Positions 12,690 to 25,529 are shown, numbered from the stretch's first letter. The stretch is DNA of 64,000 nucleotides from Lytechinus pictus (GCF_037042905.1 NC_087245.1:18540001-18604000); one strand, 5' to 3'. A program made the numbers and translations. The notes: generated from the letters alone by a model not told the origin.

Positions 12690-13620
12690 TGTTATCTCTG
12701 AAGGATGAATCTTGCTGGGATCTTGCTTCCTGATACCTGGGCAACTTCTCCAGTGCCCATGTCTACCACAGGCAAAACGTTCGTCGGTGGTCTGAGGCAA
12801 CTTGCATACCCGCGCCAACTATTTTGTACATATAAGTTGGCGACACTGCCAAGCGAATATCGATTTCTTGACCCAAAGGGTATACGAAATAAGTTGTCGG
12901 AAGTAGTAGAAGAACCTTGAAAATTTCCAACATTCTTGCCCAATATAACCTTTGTTTGTTGAACGAAATAACTTACGCTTTCTATTTACACAAGCCTGAG
13001 CTTGCCTCATTCTTTTCTCCCTCATCAGTATTCATCCAATGCGGACCAACCTAAAATATAAAAATGATCTCTATATATTTATTTGATTAATCTCCCATAA
13101 TTAAGTCATAAAGTAATTCCGCTGAAAAACGAACAGCTTCCATTAACAACATAAGGCCATATCTATTATGTACAACCGTTCATAAATTTCAAAAGCAATA
13201 GCCTAGTTTGGAATTTTCATTCATCTTTATCTCACTAACCTGCTTCAGATTCATCTGCTTTTCTGATATGTTTCTTCCTTTTAATTATATCTGCAATACC
13301 TTACTTCAGCAAAGCAAGGGCTGCGCCCGCTGCTTACCTTACTCTAATAAGGCAAATTTCTTATCCAACTCCTCCTGGCGTCTAGAATTATATTCATATT
13401 GAACCTTATTACCTTTCGAAAGACATCTCCGACGCCCTTTTTTAGTTGTAGAAGCTCCGCTGACCCGGGCAATGTATCGAGAATCAACATAATGAAACAG
13501 CCAGCCCAATCTTTAAACGAGCCAATGCTTCCTTTGTAGCATTGCTTACAAGAAGGCGAAGAGACTCCAGATTATTGAGTAAAATTTTCTGAAACTGCCT
13601 TTAATTTGTGGCATAACCCG
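12690..13620 (-). pseudogene. DIRS gag-like ORF remnant
   Basis: Degenerate zinc knuckle RFACGRHGHWRSCP at ~12738-12782; EKRMRQAQACVNRK segment; position 5' of RT. Confidence 0.55.
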
Positions 13621-14071
13621 AGGTTAATTTCTTGATTCGGCATTATTTTATATTTAACATCGAATCCAAACGTAGATCTATTACGATAAGGCCTTTAGTT
13701 TAACACGTGGAAGAAGCGTTGAAAATAAGACGTCCGTACTGTGCTGTGTCGAACTCGGTCAGTGAATTCCGAATCGTTTAGGAATTCAGACACTCCTCAC
13801 GCAAGCATTGTTATGCTAATCGGATACTTCTGCTAAGAAAAGAAAATGTATTTGTCTTGCATAATCTGGTTTAAAAAAACTATTTCCTTTTTGGAGATAA
13901 TTCAACCTACATGCAGCTTCTGTTGTTAGGCAGAGTGTACTATGTTTCTGTCTACTTATCTTCGGCACTTTCTAATAAATTTTAGGATTCTATTTGAAAT
14001 ATTTCTTTTCCAAACGTTAGCGCACTTTGGTACATCCACATGTAGCACGTCAGAGAACTTTGGCTTTTTAA

Positions 14072-14858
14072 CAGGGTTTTAACAGTAGGGAAAAATCAGG
14101 GAATTTGATTTTAAAAATACCTCAAATCAGGAAAAATGCCTCAAAATGAGGGAAATATCAGGAAATTTTGATCAGCCCACAAGTCGAAAGCACAGTAGTC
14201 AGTCAGACTCAGTTATATTTTGTTGCATATCAAATCGACATCCATTGCAGGGTGCTACATAACTTTTTAGAAGAACTTGCCCAATCGGGCAAGTAAATTT
14301 TTAAATAGTTGGAATATACTTGCCCAAAAATCTTTTTCACTTGCCCGAAAAAATCCTTGAAAAAAAAGTTTTACCTCTTGAAAAGAAAGTTTTGCGGTTT
14401 TATAAACCATTGACCCTTTTCTCTCTTTTGTAATGAACTGATCTACCTTGTTATTACATTTCTTTTTCCAAGGTGATTTTATCTTGTCTGCCATGACCAA
14501 AATTAGGGTCAATATCATATCATATCGACCCTAATTTTGGTCATTCTGTGATAATGCTTGCCCAATTCGGGCAAGTAGTTCTGGTCTTTACTTCATAACA
14601 CTTGCCCGACTCTAACTTTTACTTGCCCCGCCCGGGCAATCGGGCAAGTGCTTATGTAGCACCCTGCATTGAATGACTGGTTATGGTGGCACTAATTAGT
14701 TTTACATTATTGTTTTATACTGAAAATACATGTAATTCACTGCAACAACTTAGAAAACATGCAAACTGGGAATGGGTTTAAATAATTATCAGGGAATTTT
14801 TAAACTTCATCAGGGAAAATTCAGGGAGTTTTGTTTTCTTGAAAAGCTGGGAACCCTG
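14072..14858. mobile_element. Non-autonomous CAGGG...CCCTG element with 5-bp TSD
   Basis: Termini CAGGGTT / AACCCTG, CAGGGAA subterminal repeats, TTTAA on both flanks. Confidence 0.65.
14248..14666. mobile_element. Nested MITE with 5-bp TSD
   Basis: TIR CAGGGTGCTACATAA / TTATGTAGCACCCTG, ACTTGCCC repeats, CATTG on both flanks. Confidence 0.8.
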
Positions 14859-15105
14859 TTTAAAGAATTTTCATATTTCAACTCAATATCTTGAGCTAGA
14901 ATTTTGAATTCTGAATCATTGTTTAGTTTGTAGAATTGTTTCCTTATATTTTAAGAATAGAGGTTTCGAAAAATGTAGATCAAATGAACTTGATTAAACT
15001 CTTTGTAAATTTCTCTCTGTTCTTTTGTTAATTGCCTTTTAATTTGATGCTCTTATATATCTATGATAAGACATTTTTCTATTATCTAATCATTTCTCTT
15101 TTCAG

Positions 15106-15369
15106 CTCGGAAAACAACTTCAGCATGGGGAAAAGCTTGAGAAATGCAAATGTGGATCACCAGCTCGGATTGAAACCAGGACAAGGAAGGCCTCCTGCTC
15201 CAGTATGCATTGCCAGTTTGAATTCTGCATCAAGTGCAGGATGAATTACCATGGCAACAGCCCTTGTTTGTCATCAACCAGTGCCAGACGGGCAAGAGGA
15301 CCAAGTGTTGGATCAAAGAAGAGTAAGAATAATTTACGACGCCACACTCGTCTCTCTGCAAATGATTGA
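15106..15369 (+). CDS. FBXO5: Emi1-like, last coding exon (zinc-binding region and basic tail)
   Basis: TTTTCAG acceptor; LGKQLQHGEKLEKCKCGSPAR...CSSMHCQFEFCIKCRMNYHGNSPC...GSKKSKNNLRRHTRLSAND*; ZBR and GxKKSKxNLRR are diagnostic of Emi1/Emi2. Confidence 0.9.
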   Translation, partial: LGKQLQHGEKLEKCKCGSPARIETRTRKASCSSMHCQFEFCIKCRMNYHGNSPCLSSTSARRARGPSVGSKKSKNNLRRHTRLSAND

Positions 15370-18300
15370 CAGTTCATTGTTAGCTGCATGCAAAGTATTG
15401 CCTTTTTATGTCACTTTGTTTTGTTAAATAATCTTCAATGTCAGATCATTAGTATTACCTCAGTCACATTCAGAATTCCAAGCTGACTTGATCTGACTCG
15501 TTGCTCCTCAACTGTTTTACCCCAATGCCTACTTTGACTTTTGTAAGTAGCCCATGTTCATTCTTTATTTCTTTGTATGCCCACCTCACAGAATAATGTG
15601 ATAAGAAGACAACAATTAACATATTAATGTATGACAAAAATATGAAACAAATTTTATGGAAATTATTTAAACCGTAGCATTTAAAACGTTGCCATCCTGT
15701 GCCAGTTTTCAATTTCATTCCAAAATGTTATATTCTAAAATGACCAAATGGCATTGATGATGATTTTGAATGCCTTGATTTTATACCAATATGATGTGTT
15801 GCGATTCAAACAGTTAAGTTGAGTCCAAGATGTGTCACATCACACATATCAATTTTTCAGATTTTTTAGTTTCCAAAAAATTTTCAACTATAAATCGCAT
15901 TGCCTATCAAAGTGTGCCACGGACCACTGGTTGAGAAGTATTTATCTAACTCACTTGAATTTATCTGATAAATACGATTCTCCACCATGTAGAAGTTATC
16001 AGTATTGGGTTGTCTTGGTGATAAATGAGACAGAGATGACTGAATAAGTAACATATCTGTGCCCTGTGACATCAAAGATACAATCAATTTTAAAATAAAA
16101 TATGACCGTAAGCCTAAGGCAAATGATTTACAAACAGTTATAATCAATCAATTGTTTATATTAGCCTATCTTGGTATCTTGGCGCTGTTACATAATATAT
16201 CAAATCAATTTTATAATCAGTTATAATTGTAAGTCTAAAGTAACTGATTTACAAATGGTTACAATCCAACTAGAATTACAATTAATTTGAAATATTGATT
16301 GTGTCTCCTTACATTGTATGTTACCCCCAGCATCTCTTGAAGCTGGGATCAGTGCAAATCTTTGCATACATGTACATACATGGCATTAGATGGTTAAAAC
16401 AGTAATGTCTTGTGGAAACATTCGTTTTTCAGTATTAGACATTTAAACCTTGAGTGAGTCTTGTTTTCCTTATCAATTGTGCCAAGAAGATGCTTAAATG
16501 TGGGAAGATGCCTAAGTGTAAAATCATGCTCCAGCATGATGCTTCAATCACATCGTGTGCAGCTGACTGTAAAGACTAGATTCATGCAATTCTTCATGTT
16601 TTAATTCCCTCAGACCAGATCATTGATTTATCTCTTCCATCATTTTACCAAAAGAAGTATTCAGCTCGGTATTAACTATTTACCTTTTTTTTTTAATGGT
16701 TGTCTATTTGTGATTTGTTTTTATATACATGTACAGTATATTGCATTTCTCTGGTCTTTCTTGAATTTCTTACTAGTGTATTTTTGGTTACTTGTTATTG
16801 CTGCATGTACATGCTAATTAAAGACAATTTGTGGTAGTTTGGTATTTTGGAAATTAATTTGTGTATCTCTTGAGACATACGCTAAGCGGCTATGCCATAC
16901 ATTTCATGAATATAGTATTTAATTTGGATGACACAGAATGAGATATAAATATTCCAATTGTTAGGGCCAATATAACATTACACAAATTAATGACTTGCAA
17001 TATTGGCCAGAACAAGTAGAATATTTCTTGTATGATTTAGAAGAACCATCCAATATAAAATCAGAGGCTGTAAAACATTTTTGAAAGTAGGGGATCACCA
17101 TGCAAAATTGGATATGACAAGTTTTTAAACATTTTTTAAACATGTTTGCTGGGAAACGATTTGGGGGAGGGGCTCAAGCCCCCACAGCCCCGTTGGTTCT
17201 GCTGCCTCCTAAATTGGCCTCTTAGTGATCATTATTCATTAAACTGTGCATTGCATGGTTGTCGCACTGCAAGTTTTGTATGGAAGCCTATGGAGAATTT
17301 GTCACATTTTGGCACATCATGTATTATGCTCTGTTACTGCTAGGAAAATCATGCAGAATGTTGCAATATTGGTTTACAGAAAGGGGGGGGGGGGATGGTG
17401 ATCCCTCTATTAGCATACAGTACATGAACATTACATGTATATATACAAAAAAATGTTTTGCAGTGGAAAATAATCCAAAATACATGTAAACAGTACTGTA
17501 TGATTATTCATCACTATCAAATTTTTACCTGTATTGAATAAAAGAAAGGCATACTTGGGTTGGGACATGATTTTTTTCAATGTGGGTGATGTTTGCCTTC
17601 CTAAATGCTTCCATGAAATTATCCTTTTCAATATTGTACCAATGTAAAGTAACAAAAATATTGATGAAAAAGTGTTAAGTGGTGAAGGGAATAATATTGC
17701 CAACCAAATTTGATTAACAATTTTTGTTCACAAGAGAAATGCTCTCAACTATAAAGTTCTTTACAATCCTATTTTAAAAACTGCTACACAGAAGACTTTT
17801 TGTAACCGTCGTTAAGAAATGTGAAGAAAAACTGCAATACGATTCCAGGAAAATTATTCCCGGTGGTCATTTGTAATGTTTGACAACATAATGTGTCTTG
17901 TATTGTGGTTTGTGATGGGAGTTCTTTATTGTTAAATGCACTGCAATATTTTGGTGAAGGTTATGAAATTCTTCTGCTATTTTTAACTTGTAATGAATGT
18001 ATTTTAAGTATTTTTAAATATTGATAAAGCATGAATCTGTATTAGATTGTATTATTCTGTGATAAGGACCTAAATATATCATTGAAAAAAAGTGTTAAAT
18101 GATTGATTATTTACAGGAAGGATAGCATTTACCTGAACAGATTAAACAAACTTTAGGTGTGATTGTACAACATTGACAAAATCATAAAATTCCATAGTTG
18201 CAGTCATACCGTAAGAAAGGAAAAATAAAAAAATAAAAAAGATTTAATCTTACATTTAAAAAAGAATTGATAATATGTAGTTCAGTTTAAACCATCAATT

Positions 18301-19451
18301 GTACTGAATTTCACCAGACATAATATTGAAAAAATTATAAATTTTTTGTGATCATTATACCATATTTCTTTTATATTAGATATGCACTAGAATGTATCTA
18401 AAGTTTTTAAAAGGACTAATTAAAAGTTGTGAGAATAAAAGGAAATTATAAAAAAAATATTGGTCTCCAGTAAATGGAATAGCTGCCTGCAAAAGAAAAT
18501 AACAGGATCCAATTGAGAACTTATGCTTACTCCATTATCACTTGAACCTCAATGATTTTTTTTCTTGACCAAGTTTTTCTCAAAAGTCCACTGATAAATT
18601 TCCCTGTTTTTTATAATTCTGCTGTCAAAACAATGTAATGTCATGATGTCTTCCAATTGAAATATTAATGATGACAGCTGAGTCTTTCATGTATTTGTGC
18701 CAGAATATTTTGGACAATCCTATGTAAATTAATTCGATTGGTAGCAGTACTCAATTGTTGTTGTACGCCTTTTGAAGATTTGTAAATGTTTGTAATGAAA
18801 TAAAATTATTTTTTACAGTTATTCCTTTAATGTGGTGTGTATCTTTGATGGTGGTGTATTTCACAATTAATGTATCTTATTTCTGCTCCCTATTTTGTGA
18901 GATGGCTTCAGGCAATTTTTTTTCCAGGGGCTACTTTTCATAACTGCCTAAAACTCTGGATAAGCTAAACATTGCAATGAAAGCTAAACATTGCAATGAA
19001 TGAGGTTTTCCAGTGCTCCTTTTTAATTTCCAGTCTCTTTTTTGGATTTTGGAGGCTAAATCACTCCAAGCCCTTATGTATTTATTCCCTTGGATCGCTG
19101 TCTCACCTTCAAATAGAAATGGTTTGTGGGTATATCACATTAATGCTACTAAAAACAGTGAATATGAGTGCCAAATTTTGGATTTGACTTAAGCGGAGAA
19201 ACATATTTGGGCATACAGTACATAATTGCACATAACCTTGTACAAACCAATAGCAAATCGAACCTACACGATGTGAAAGACATGATTAGAAAGGGAAGAG
19301 AATGGTTAGAATGCCAAAGAGGAGAGGGAGACATACAATGTATTGTTTGAACTGAGATGGAATCATGATAATAATATATCACATCACATTTTTAAGGTGC
19401 TGATTATCTAGTTGCCTATTCAATGGTGCACTATATATACGCGTAGGGAAA

Positions 19452-19600
19452 CAGGGGCCGCGGAAGCGGGGGGGGGGGGCTTCAGCCCCCCCTACTTTTT
19501 TCCAAAACCGTGTACAAAAACGTAAAAATGACCATATGATTGTGATTTTTTGCATGGTCAGCCCCCCCCCCCCACTTTGAAAACCGTTCCACGGCCCCTG
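19452..19600. mobile_element. Short CAGGGG...CCCCTG MITE with 5-bp TSD; degenerate relative near 28157-28290
   Basis: TIR CAGGGGCCGCGGAA / TTCCACGGCCCCTG; GGAAA on both flanks. Confidence 0.75.
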
Positions 19601-20451
19601 GGAAAGAGGAGTGTATGAAAGAAGCAAGACAGAGGAGAGGGCAATGTACAATGCATTAATATGTATAATTAGAGAGAAAAGGAATGAAAATAAATAAATG
19701 AGAGGGATTAAGGGATGGAAGCTAGGGGGAGACCTAGTAAAGATTTTGTGTTCAATGAATTGTATCTGTGTAGAGTGAATGACGTTAGAAGAGGGGACCA
19801 ATATTGTACAGGGTATCTTTATATGGTATGGAACTGTAAACCATAATATGCCTATAATAGTTCTTTTAAAAATGAAAATTAAAAGTGAAAATCTCGTCAA
19901 ATTATTTCTTTGTGGCAGATCCCCCATGCAATAACCATCTTTTTGTCATTGATTTGACACCACACATGAGATAGACCTATATACTATCCCTTGGCATATT
20001 ATCTGCAACGATTGCAAGCAAAAACATAAAAATGAAATTATAAACATTTTTTTTTCTCATCAGGTGCATAGTTTTGTGAAATTTTCGGCCAAAATTTAAG
20101 ATTGGTGCCAGAAAAAGAGTCACAAATCTGTCCATGAACTTAGTTTGTGTTTGCCACTGATTTGCTTGTTTTATTGTTTGCTGCAAGCCAACATGGAGTG
20201 TTTGAAGTGGTTAAAACTTGGCTTCCAAATATATTTTACGTAAAAAACTTTTGTTTTAAGAATTTCGAAAGAAAAAAATATATCTTGCGTTTAATAATAT
20301 TTTGGGATCCCGTCAAACAAATGAACTCGCCCAAAACTTTTTGAGAGTGGTACCCAATCGTTTTCTCTACTTACGGTGTAAAAATAAAGCATACTTTACA
20401 ATTGTGTGAACAAAGAAATGTTATCATATCGCTGGTTATTTTGCAATAACA

Positions 20452-20589
20452 ATGGCGAATTTCCCCGGACTTGAGAGTCTCTTTGCCAGCATAGAATCGA
20501 AAATTAGGTCGAACTACGATGGATTAATCTGTTTTATCCATTGGAATGTAGTGAACAAGGGATTCAGATGTGTGGGTCATGGCGATGAT
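20452..20589 (+). CDS. PSMF1: Proteasome inhibitor PI31, exon 1
   Basis: MANFPGLESLF...DGLICFIHWNVVNKGFRCVGHGDD (FP-domain start); good Kozak context; GTAAGT donor. Confidence 0.9.
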
Positions 20590-20730
20590 GTAAGTGACAT
20601 GCTCTTAAATTCAGGACAGGACTCAGAGGCGTGATCTATACCGACGATTTTGTCCAACGATCGATGGTCCCATATCATGTATAATTCAATGTACTACTAC
20701 CGGTATTTGGCTATTGTCGCGATTGACACG

Positions 20731-22149
20731 ACGCGTAGGCGTAGCCAGGCGGCTTCTTGAGAGTAAAAATTATTTACTAACGAGTAACGTATGCTTACTC
20801 TCAATGAAGCCAGGGAGTCCTTCCTATTCATCTGCGTGTACCGCAAAAAAACCTGAAACTTTCGCCTCCGAGATTTCTACTCTCCTTCTAAAACATCTAG
20901 ATCTAGCCATAAATTAGACAGGAATAACCGTCGCTTCTGGGGATTTATTCAACAATTTCTGACATTTTACTGTAATCCCCATTTACCGACGGTAGGGTGT
21001 ACGTGTGGGCTCGCATGTGTTCTCATTCCCTCCCTTTTGTCAATTCACAGTCCAAAGTTTGATGTAATTTTACACATCGAATTTACAATCTAAGCCTAAA
21101 GGCTAAGGATGTATAACCAACAAACTTTTAAAACTTGATATTCCATTATCAAAATACTTTAAACGATATAGATGAAAAGGCATGAAAATTATACTTTACC
21201 AATGTTTAATTGGGTTGAACACGATAAAAATGGTCAAAATGGCAGCCAAACTATGAAATATTTACAAACGAAAGGAGAGGGCGTCAACAATCACGAATGT
21301 GATATCGATATTGCTTTCGATATTATACGATCTGCTCCTTATACGATACGATACACTACACAAAGATAAACGATACTAGTTATAATCGCGATATATCGAG
21401 ACATTAAAAACTTAATAACGATAATGACGTCATTCAAGATGGCAACTTGCAAGAAAAACCGTCAGGTCAGGTGAAAATGTCTTAGATGACAGATTTCTCA
21501 ATCATCCAGAGGATTTTTTTCAATAACTCCGGCCCAAGGTATGCAATTACTTAAGTTATTTATATTTCCCTGATAATAGAAACCATGAAACTTTTAAATT
21601 TGCTTAAAAAACTGTTTTAAATCGCGATCTATAAAACGCTACTTCACTATACGTTGGCTGTAGGTACGGGCCCCCATCCTCTTCAGTCTATGTATTGGTC
21701 AGTGAGCCAACGCAGTTCAGCGGAACAACCAAAATACAGAGACTGAAGCTTTTGGTCTAGCCATAAATAAACTTCATTTCCGACATTTCTACGCTCTCGG
21801 TTTTATTTTTAAACAAGAATTCATAAAAAAATGAGAAAAATATTGTGAAAAGACGGAAGAGACTTGCCCGATGTTTACGCCGCCATCATGTTTCCTATTG
21901 TACTTCCCCAACGTTACGCGACGCACGCCGGAAATGAAAGTTATACTTAATAACTTATAGTTATAATCCCATGTACATGATTTATGGCTAGATGTTTTAG
22001 AAGGAAAGTAGAAATCTCGGGGGCGAAAGTTTCAGGTTTTTTTGCGGTACATGCAGATGAATAGGAAGGACTCCCTGGCTTCATTGAGAGTAAGCATACG
22101 TTAGTAGATAATTTTTACTCTCAAGAAGCCGCCTGGCTAACGACGCGTA
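20731..22149. mobile_element. 1.4-kb non-autonomous element with ~180-bp TIRs
   Basis: 20731-20914 is the reverse complement of ~21980-22149; no transposase ORF; TSD unclear. Confidence 0.75.
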
Positions 22150-23044
22150 CAGACAGATGACAGTATCTAAGTCTTATTGTTACTAGATCGAGAATCTTAT
22201 CTCACTCAGTCTCAGCTCAGTTCAGTTAGTTCACTTAACCATGATTACATTCACAACTTTTTAATGTTAGGGCAACAAAACACGATCCACAACAATTGAT
22301 TATTTAAAGGGTAGTTAAACAAGTTTCTGTAAAGACTAAACTAAAAGTAGTGAAAAAATTGACTTCATTTATTTAATCATTTATCATTGGGCTTTGCATT
22401 TGTCATAATAGTCCTAGGCCTAGAAGAGTCCCAGTCTCAAATTTTCACGAAGAGATAAAAAACAAGAGTCACTGGCATGTCAAGACCTGCAAAAACATGA
22501 TTGAATATGGTGAAGTGAAAGCTTCTTATCAAGACCCAATCTGCCATACAAATTTTTGGATCCTCATGCTTAAATTGGGAAAGAAGTCTTTAGACCCTAC
22601 ACATGAATTTTTTGTTTTGTTATTTTTTTAAATAAAAAAGGTAGGATTGTATAAACCTTCATGTTGTACAGACAACAGTAGAATCTTATCTCAGCTAGCT
22701 CAGTTCACTTCACCATGATTACATTCATAACTGTTTAATGTTGGGGCAGCACAACACGATCCAAAAGCACCCCCAAAATTTACCTGGGGGGTGCTGCATG
22801 TATTCTCCATAGGCAGCACCCCCTGGAATTCTGGTAGGTGTGACAAAATGGAGAAATGTAACAAAAGAAATAACCTAACATTTTGTATAGAAACCTTTTT
22901 TCAGGCTTGTCAAATATCTCGGGATCAAAATGACCTTCATTTTTCTGTAGTGAAAACTTTTTTTTTTGCTTGTAAAATTTACATCAGCACCTCCTGTAAA
23001 CAAAAATTGATTTGTTTTTCAAATCAAGAGTTTCATCTATTATA

Positions 23045-24035
23045 CAGTGCGTATCAAAAAAAGTTTACACTTTGAAAAAGCCCTGGGAATTAAAAAATAT
23101 ACAACATGTGGGTAATTTTTTCACATATATATCTTGGGTTTGGGTCTCACTCTCATCTATCCAATGAAAGTAAATGTTTTGACAGAATATTACAATTGAG
23201 TGAGCACTGTCCATTTTTGTAAAGCTCGCAGAAATCTGTTTGCGCAGAAATGCTCGTTTTCACGCTGTGTCAAGGGGAAAGGGCGAAATCAAACTTACCC
23301 TGCGAAACATTTCTCATACATTTCCCTTGCACTTTTAGTCAATTGAAATAAAACAGATACATTCAAGCATTTTGTAACAATTTTGCCACCCTAATTGAAA
23401 TTTAAATGCTTAGTAAGCACAACCTTTACCTTTTGTGTGCCAGCTGGATCTGAGGACATAACTGAATCTGAACAAAAGTTTATATCAAACATCTCCAGCA
23501 TTTTTCACTAAGTTTTTATCATTTGAAGTGGGTTTGCATTTCATTTTTCATTTAATACTTGTTTCTCCACACTTTTCCCAAGCTTGACAATGATTAACAA
23601 AATGAAAATCATGCCTAAGGCATTCCATGTAAATCACAGCTCAGTGTAAAGCAAATGTCGTCACGATGGCCTTGGTGTGTGGGGGAGAGGGGTGGGCGCA
23701 ATGCACTCTTCGAAGTGTTTTGGGCAAGGAAACAAGTTTAAAAAGGTAAAAGATATCTTCAAATCAATTTTACTAGCTAAATTCCACATGTACTTCATGA
23801 TTAAGGTCTACTTTTATTCGCATAACTGTTTCAAAATTCTGCGCAAATCATTTTTCACTAACTTTTCAAAAGTAAGTGGTGCTCACTCAAGCGGAAATAT
23901 TTTTCGACAGTTATATCGTCATTTGCTTAAATGGATCTGTACTAATGTTAAAATGTGGAAAAATGTTCAGGATATTATAAATGTATGATTTTTCAGGATT
24001 TTTTCTAAGTGTAAACTTTTTTTTGATACGCACTG
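23045..24035. mobile_element. Tc1/mariner-type non-autonomous element
   Basis: TA|CAGTGCGTATCAAAAAAAGTTTACACTT ... AAGTGTAAACTTTTTTTTGATACGCACTG|TA. Confidence 0.85.
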
Positions 24036-24180
24036 TATATGTTGATCTGAGAGCAGCCTGTCTGAGAGAAAAGTATTGCAATAAAATAGAATTTCTAAAA
24101 ACTTTTTCTTTGAATAGTTTTGATTAATATTTTTCTAGTTCAATTTTTTTGTGTAATCTTTATTTTGTTTTATTAATCAG

Positions 24181-24333
24181 ACATCATCATCAAACAAGAA
24201 AAGTGAATTATTACCAGCCATGTGGAATAGCTCCCAGGAGGAGTATGTCATCAGATATGTACCTGAAAACTCTGAAGACCAGCACCTGTTGAAATGCATT
24301 GTCATGGGGGACACACTTCTCGTCAATTTTATG
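24181..24333 (+). CDS. PSMF1: PI31, exon 2
   Basis: TSSSNKKSELLPAMWNSSQEEYVIRY...LLKCIVMGDTLLVNFM; canonical splice sites, phase 0/0. Confidence 0.9.
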
Positions 24334-25529
24334 GTATGAACCGAGGGATTTTTACTGAATCTGAAAAGCAGATTGCCGACTTAATTAACTTTACTGGATG
24401 AGTATGTGTTCATGAATATTTTTTTTTAACAGAAATATGGCGCAATGTAAATGCTGTGGATATTCATCATCGTCATGCACATTGAATACTGCTGGCCAAT
24501 TATTGCTCTAAAATTTGCATTAAAAAGTCAAAGTCTTTGATAGGGGCCATGGATGAGACTATGGGTCATTTGGAATTTTTCTTTGCTGTTGCATTTCCTG
24601 ACCAATTTTTCAATTTGTTTTAGAAATGTCTTTGTAAAAAAACATAAGCTCACGTCTTCATAACTTTAAATCAAGCCCCTTGATACACACACAAATTTTT
24701 TTTTCGGGAAAGGGGTGTTCCAATAGAGTAACGTCAGACTGGAATTAAAGCTTCAGTGCCAAAGCTCACATGATATGTATTTCACGCATAATCTCAGTGA
24801 TAAAAGAGTGGATCCCATGAACACAGGTTGACTAATGAGACAATACATCATGTACATGTACCACAAGCAATTGTTGGTTCGTCAGAATCTCTGTGAAACA
24901 CCCCTGCCCCCTCCGGTGTTATAGAACATATCTATTGTTCCATAATCATAATGAAATACTGAATATGCCATAACAAGAGCAATACATCTACCTGGTATTA
25001 TTTTAAAATGTTATTGCCAAACCTCTGATGAATGGTTTATATGTGGCATAGTTACATTATATAATTACATTATCTTTAATTGGGAGTTTGTACATCAATT
25101 TTGTAATTAATTCAAGGGGACACAGTATTTTAACAAGGGCTATTTTCTCTTTTCTGTTTATTACAAGTAATCTTCTGCATTGACATCATTGGTAGTTTTG
25201 CAACTTTTGGTAGCTATTGGTAACATTTCAGTATTTAAATTGCCCTTGGCCCCCAAACCTATATTCCTCAATTTTTTTTATCACAACCAAACATATCGTC
25301 ACTGGGCTGATAAAAAACCTCAAAATTTGAATATTTTGATGACAGTTCATATAAGCTAGATTTTAGAGTTATAACATGGTAGCAACCTTCTTTTGCCTCG
25401 AAAGAGCTCTTCACAGGTATCAGAAGACTGTTTTTAGACAATATGAGACTGCAGCCATTGCTATATTTTTAAAATATAGCTTTTTCTAAGCTGCTCCCAA
25501 TTTTTTGTACCTGATATTTTACAAAATTG

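Larger units (their letters stand above)
7861..13853 (-). mobile_element. PAT-like DIRS (tyrosine-recombinase) retrotransposon with split direct repeats; ORFs decayed
   Basis: Minus-strand order: repeat 13853-13724, gag, RT, RNase H, methyltransferase-like domain, YR, repeat 8488-8320, repeat 8321-8192, spacer, repeat 8029-7861 (A1-ORFs-B1-A2-B2); no TSD. Confidence 0.9.

Noticed and set aside
19379..19927. 182-aa minus-strand ORF
   Set aside because: Low complexity, runs through a MITE and poly-G/C tracts, no splice or domain support
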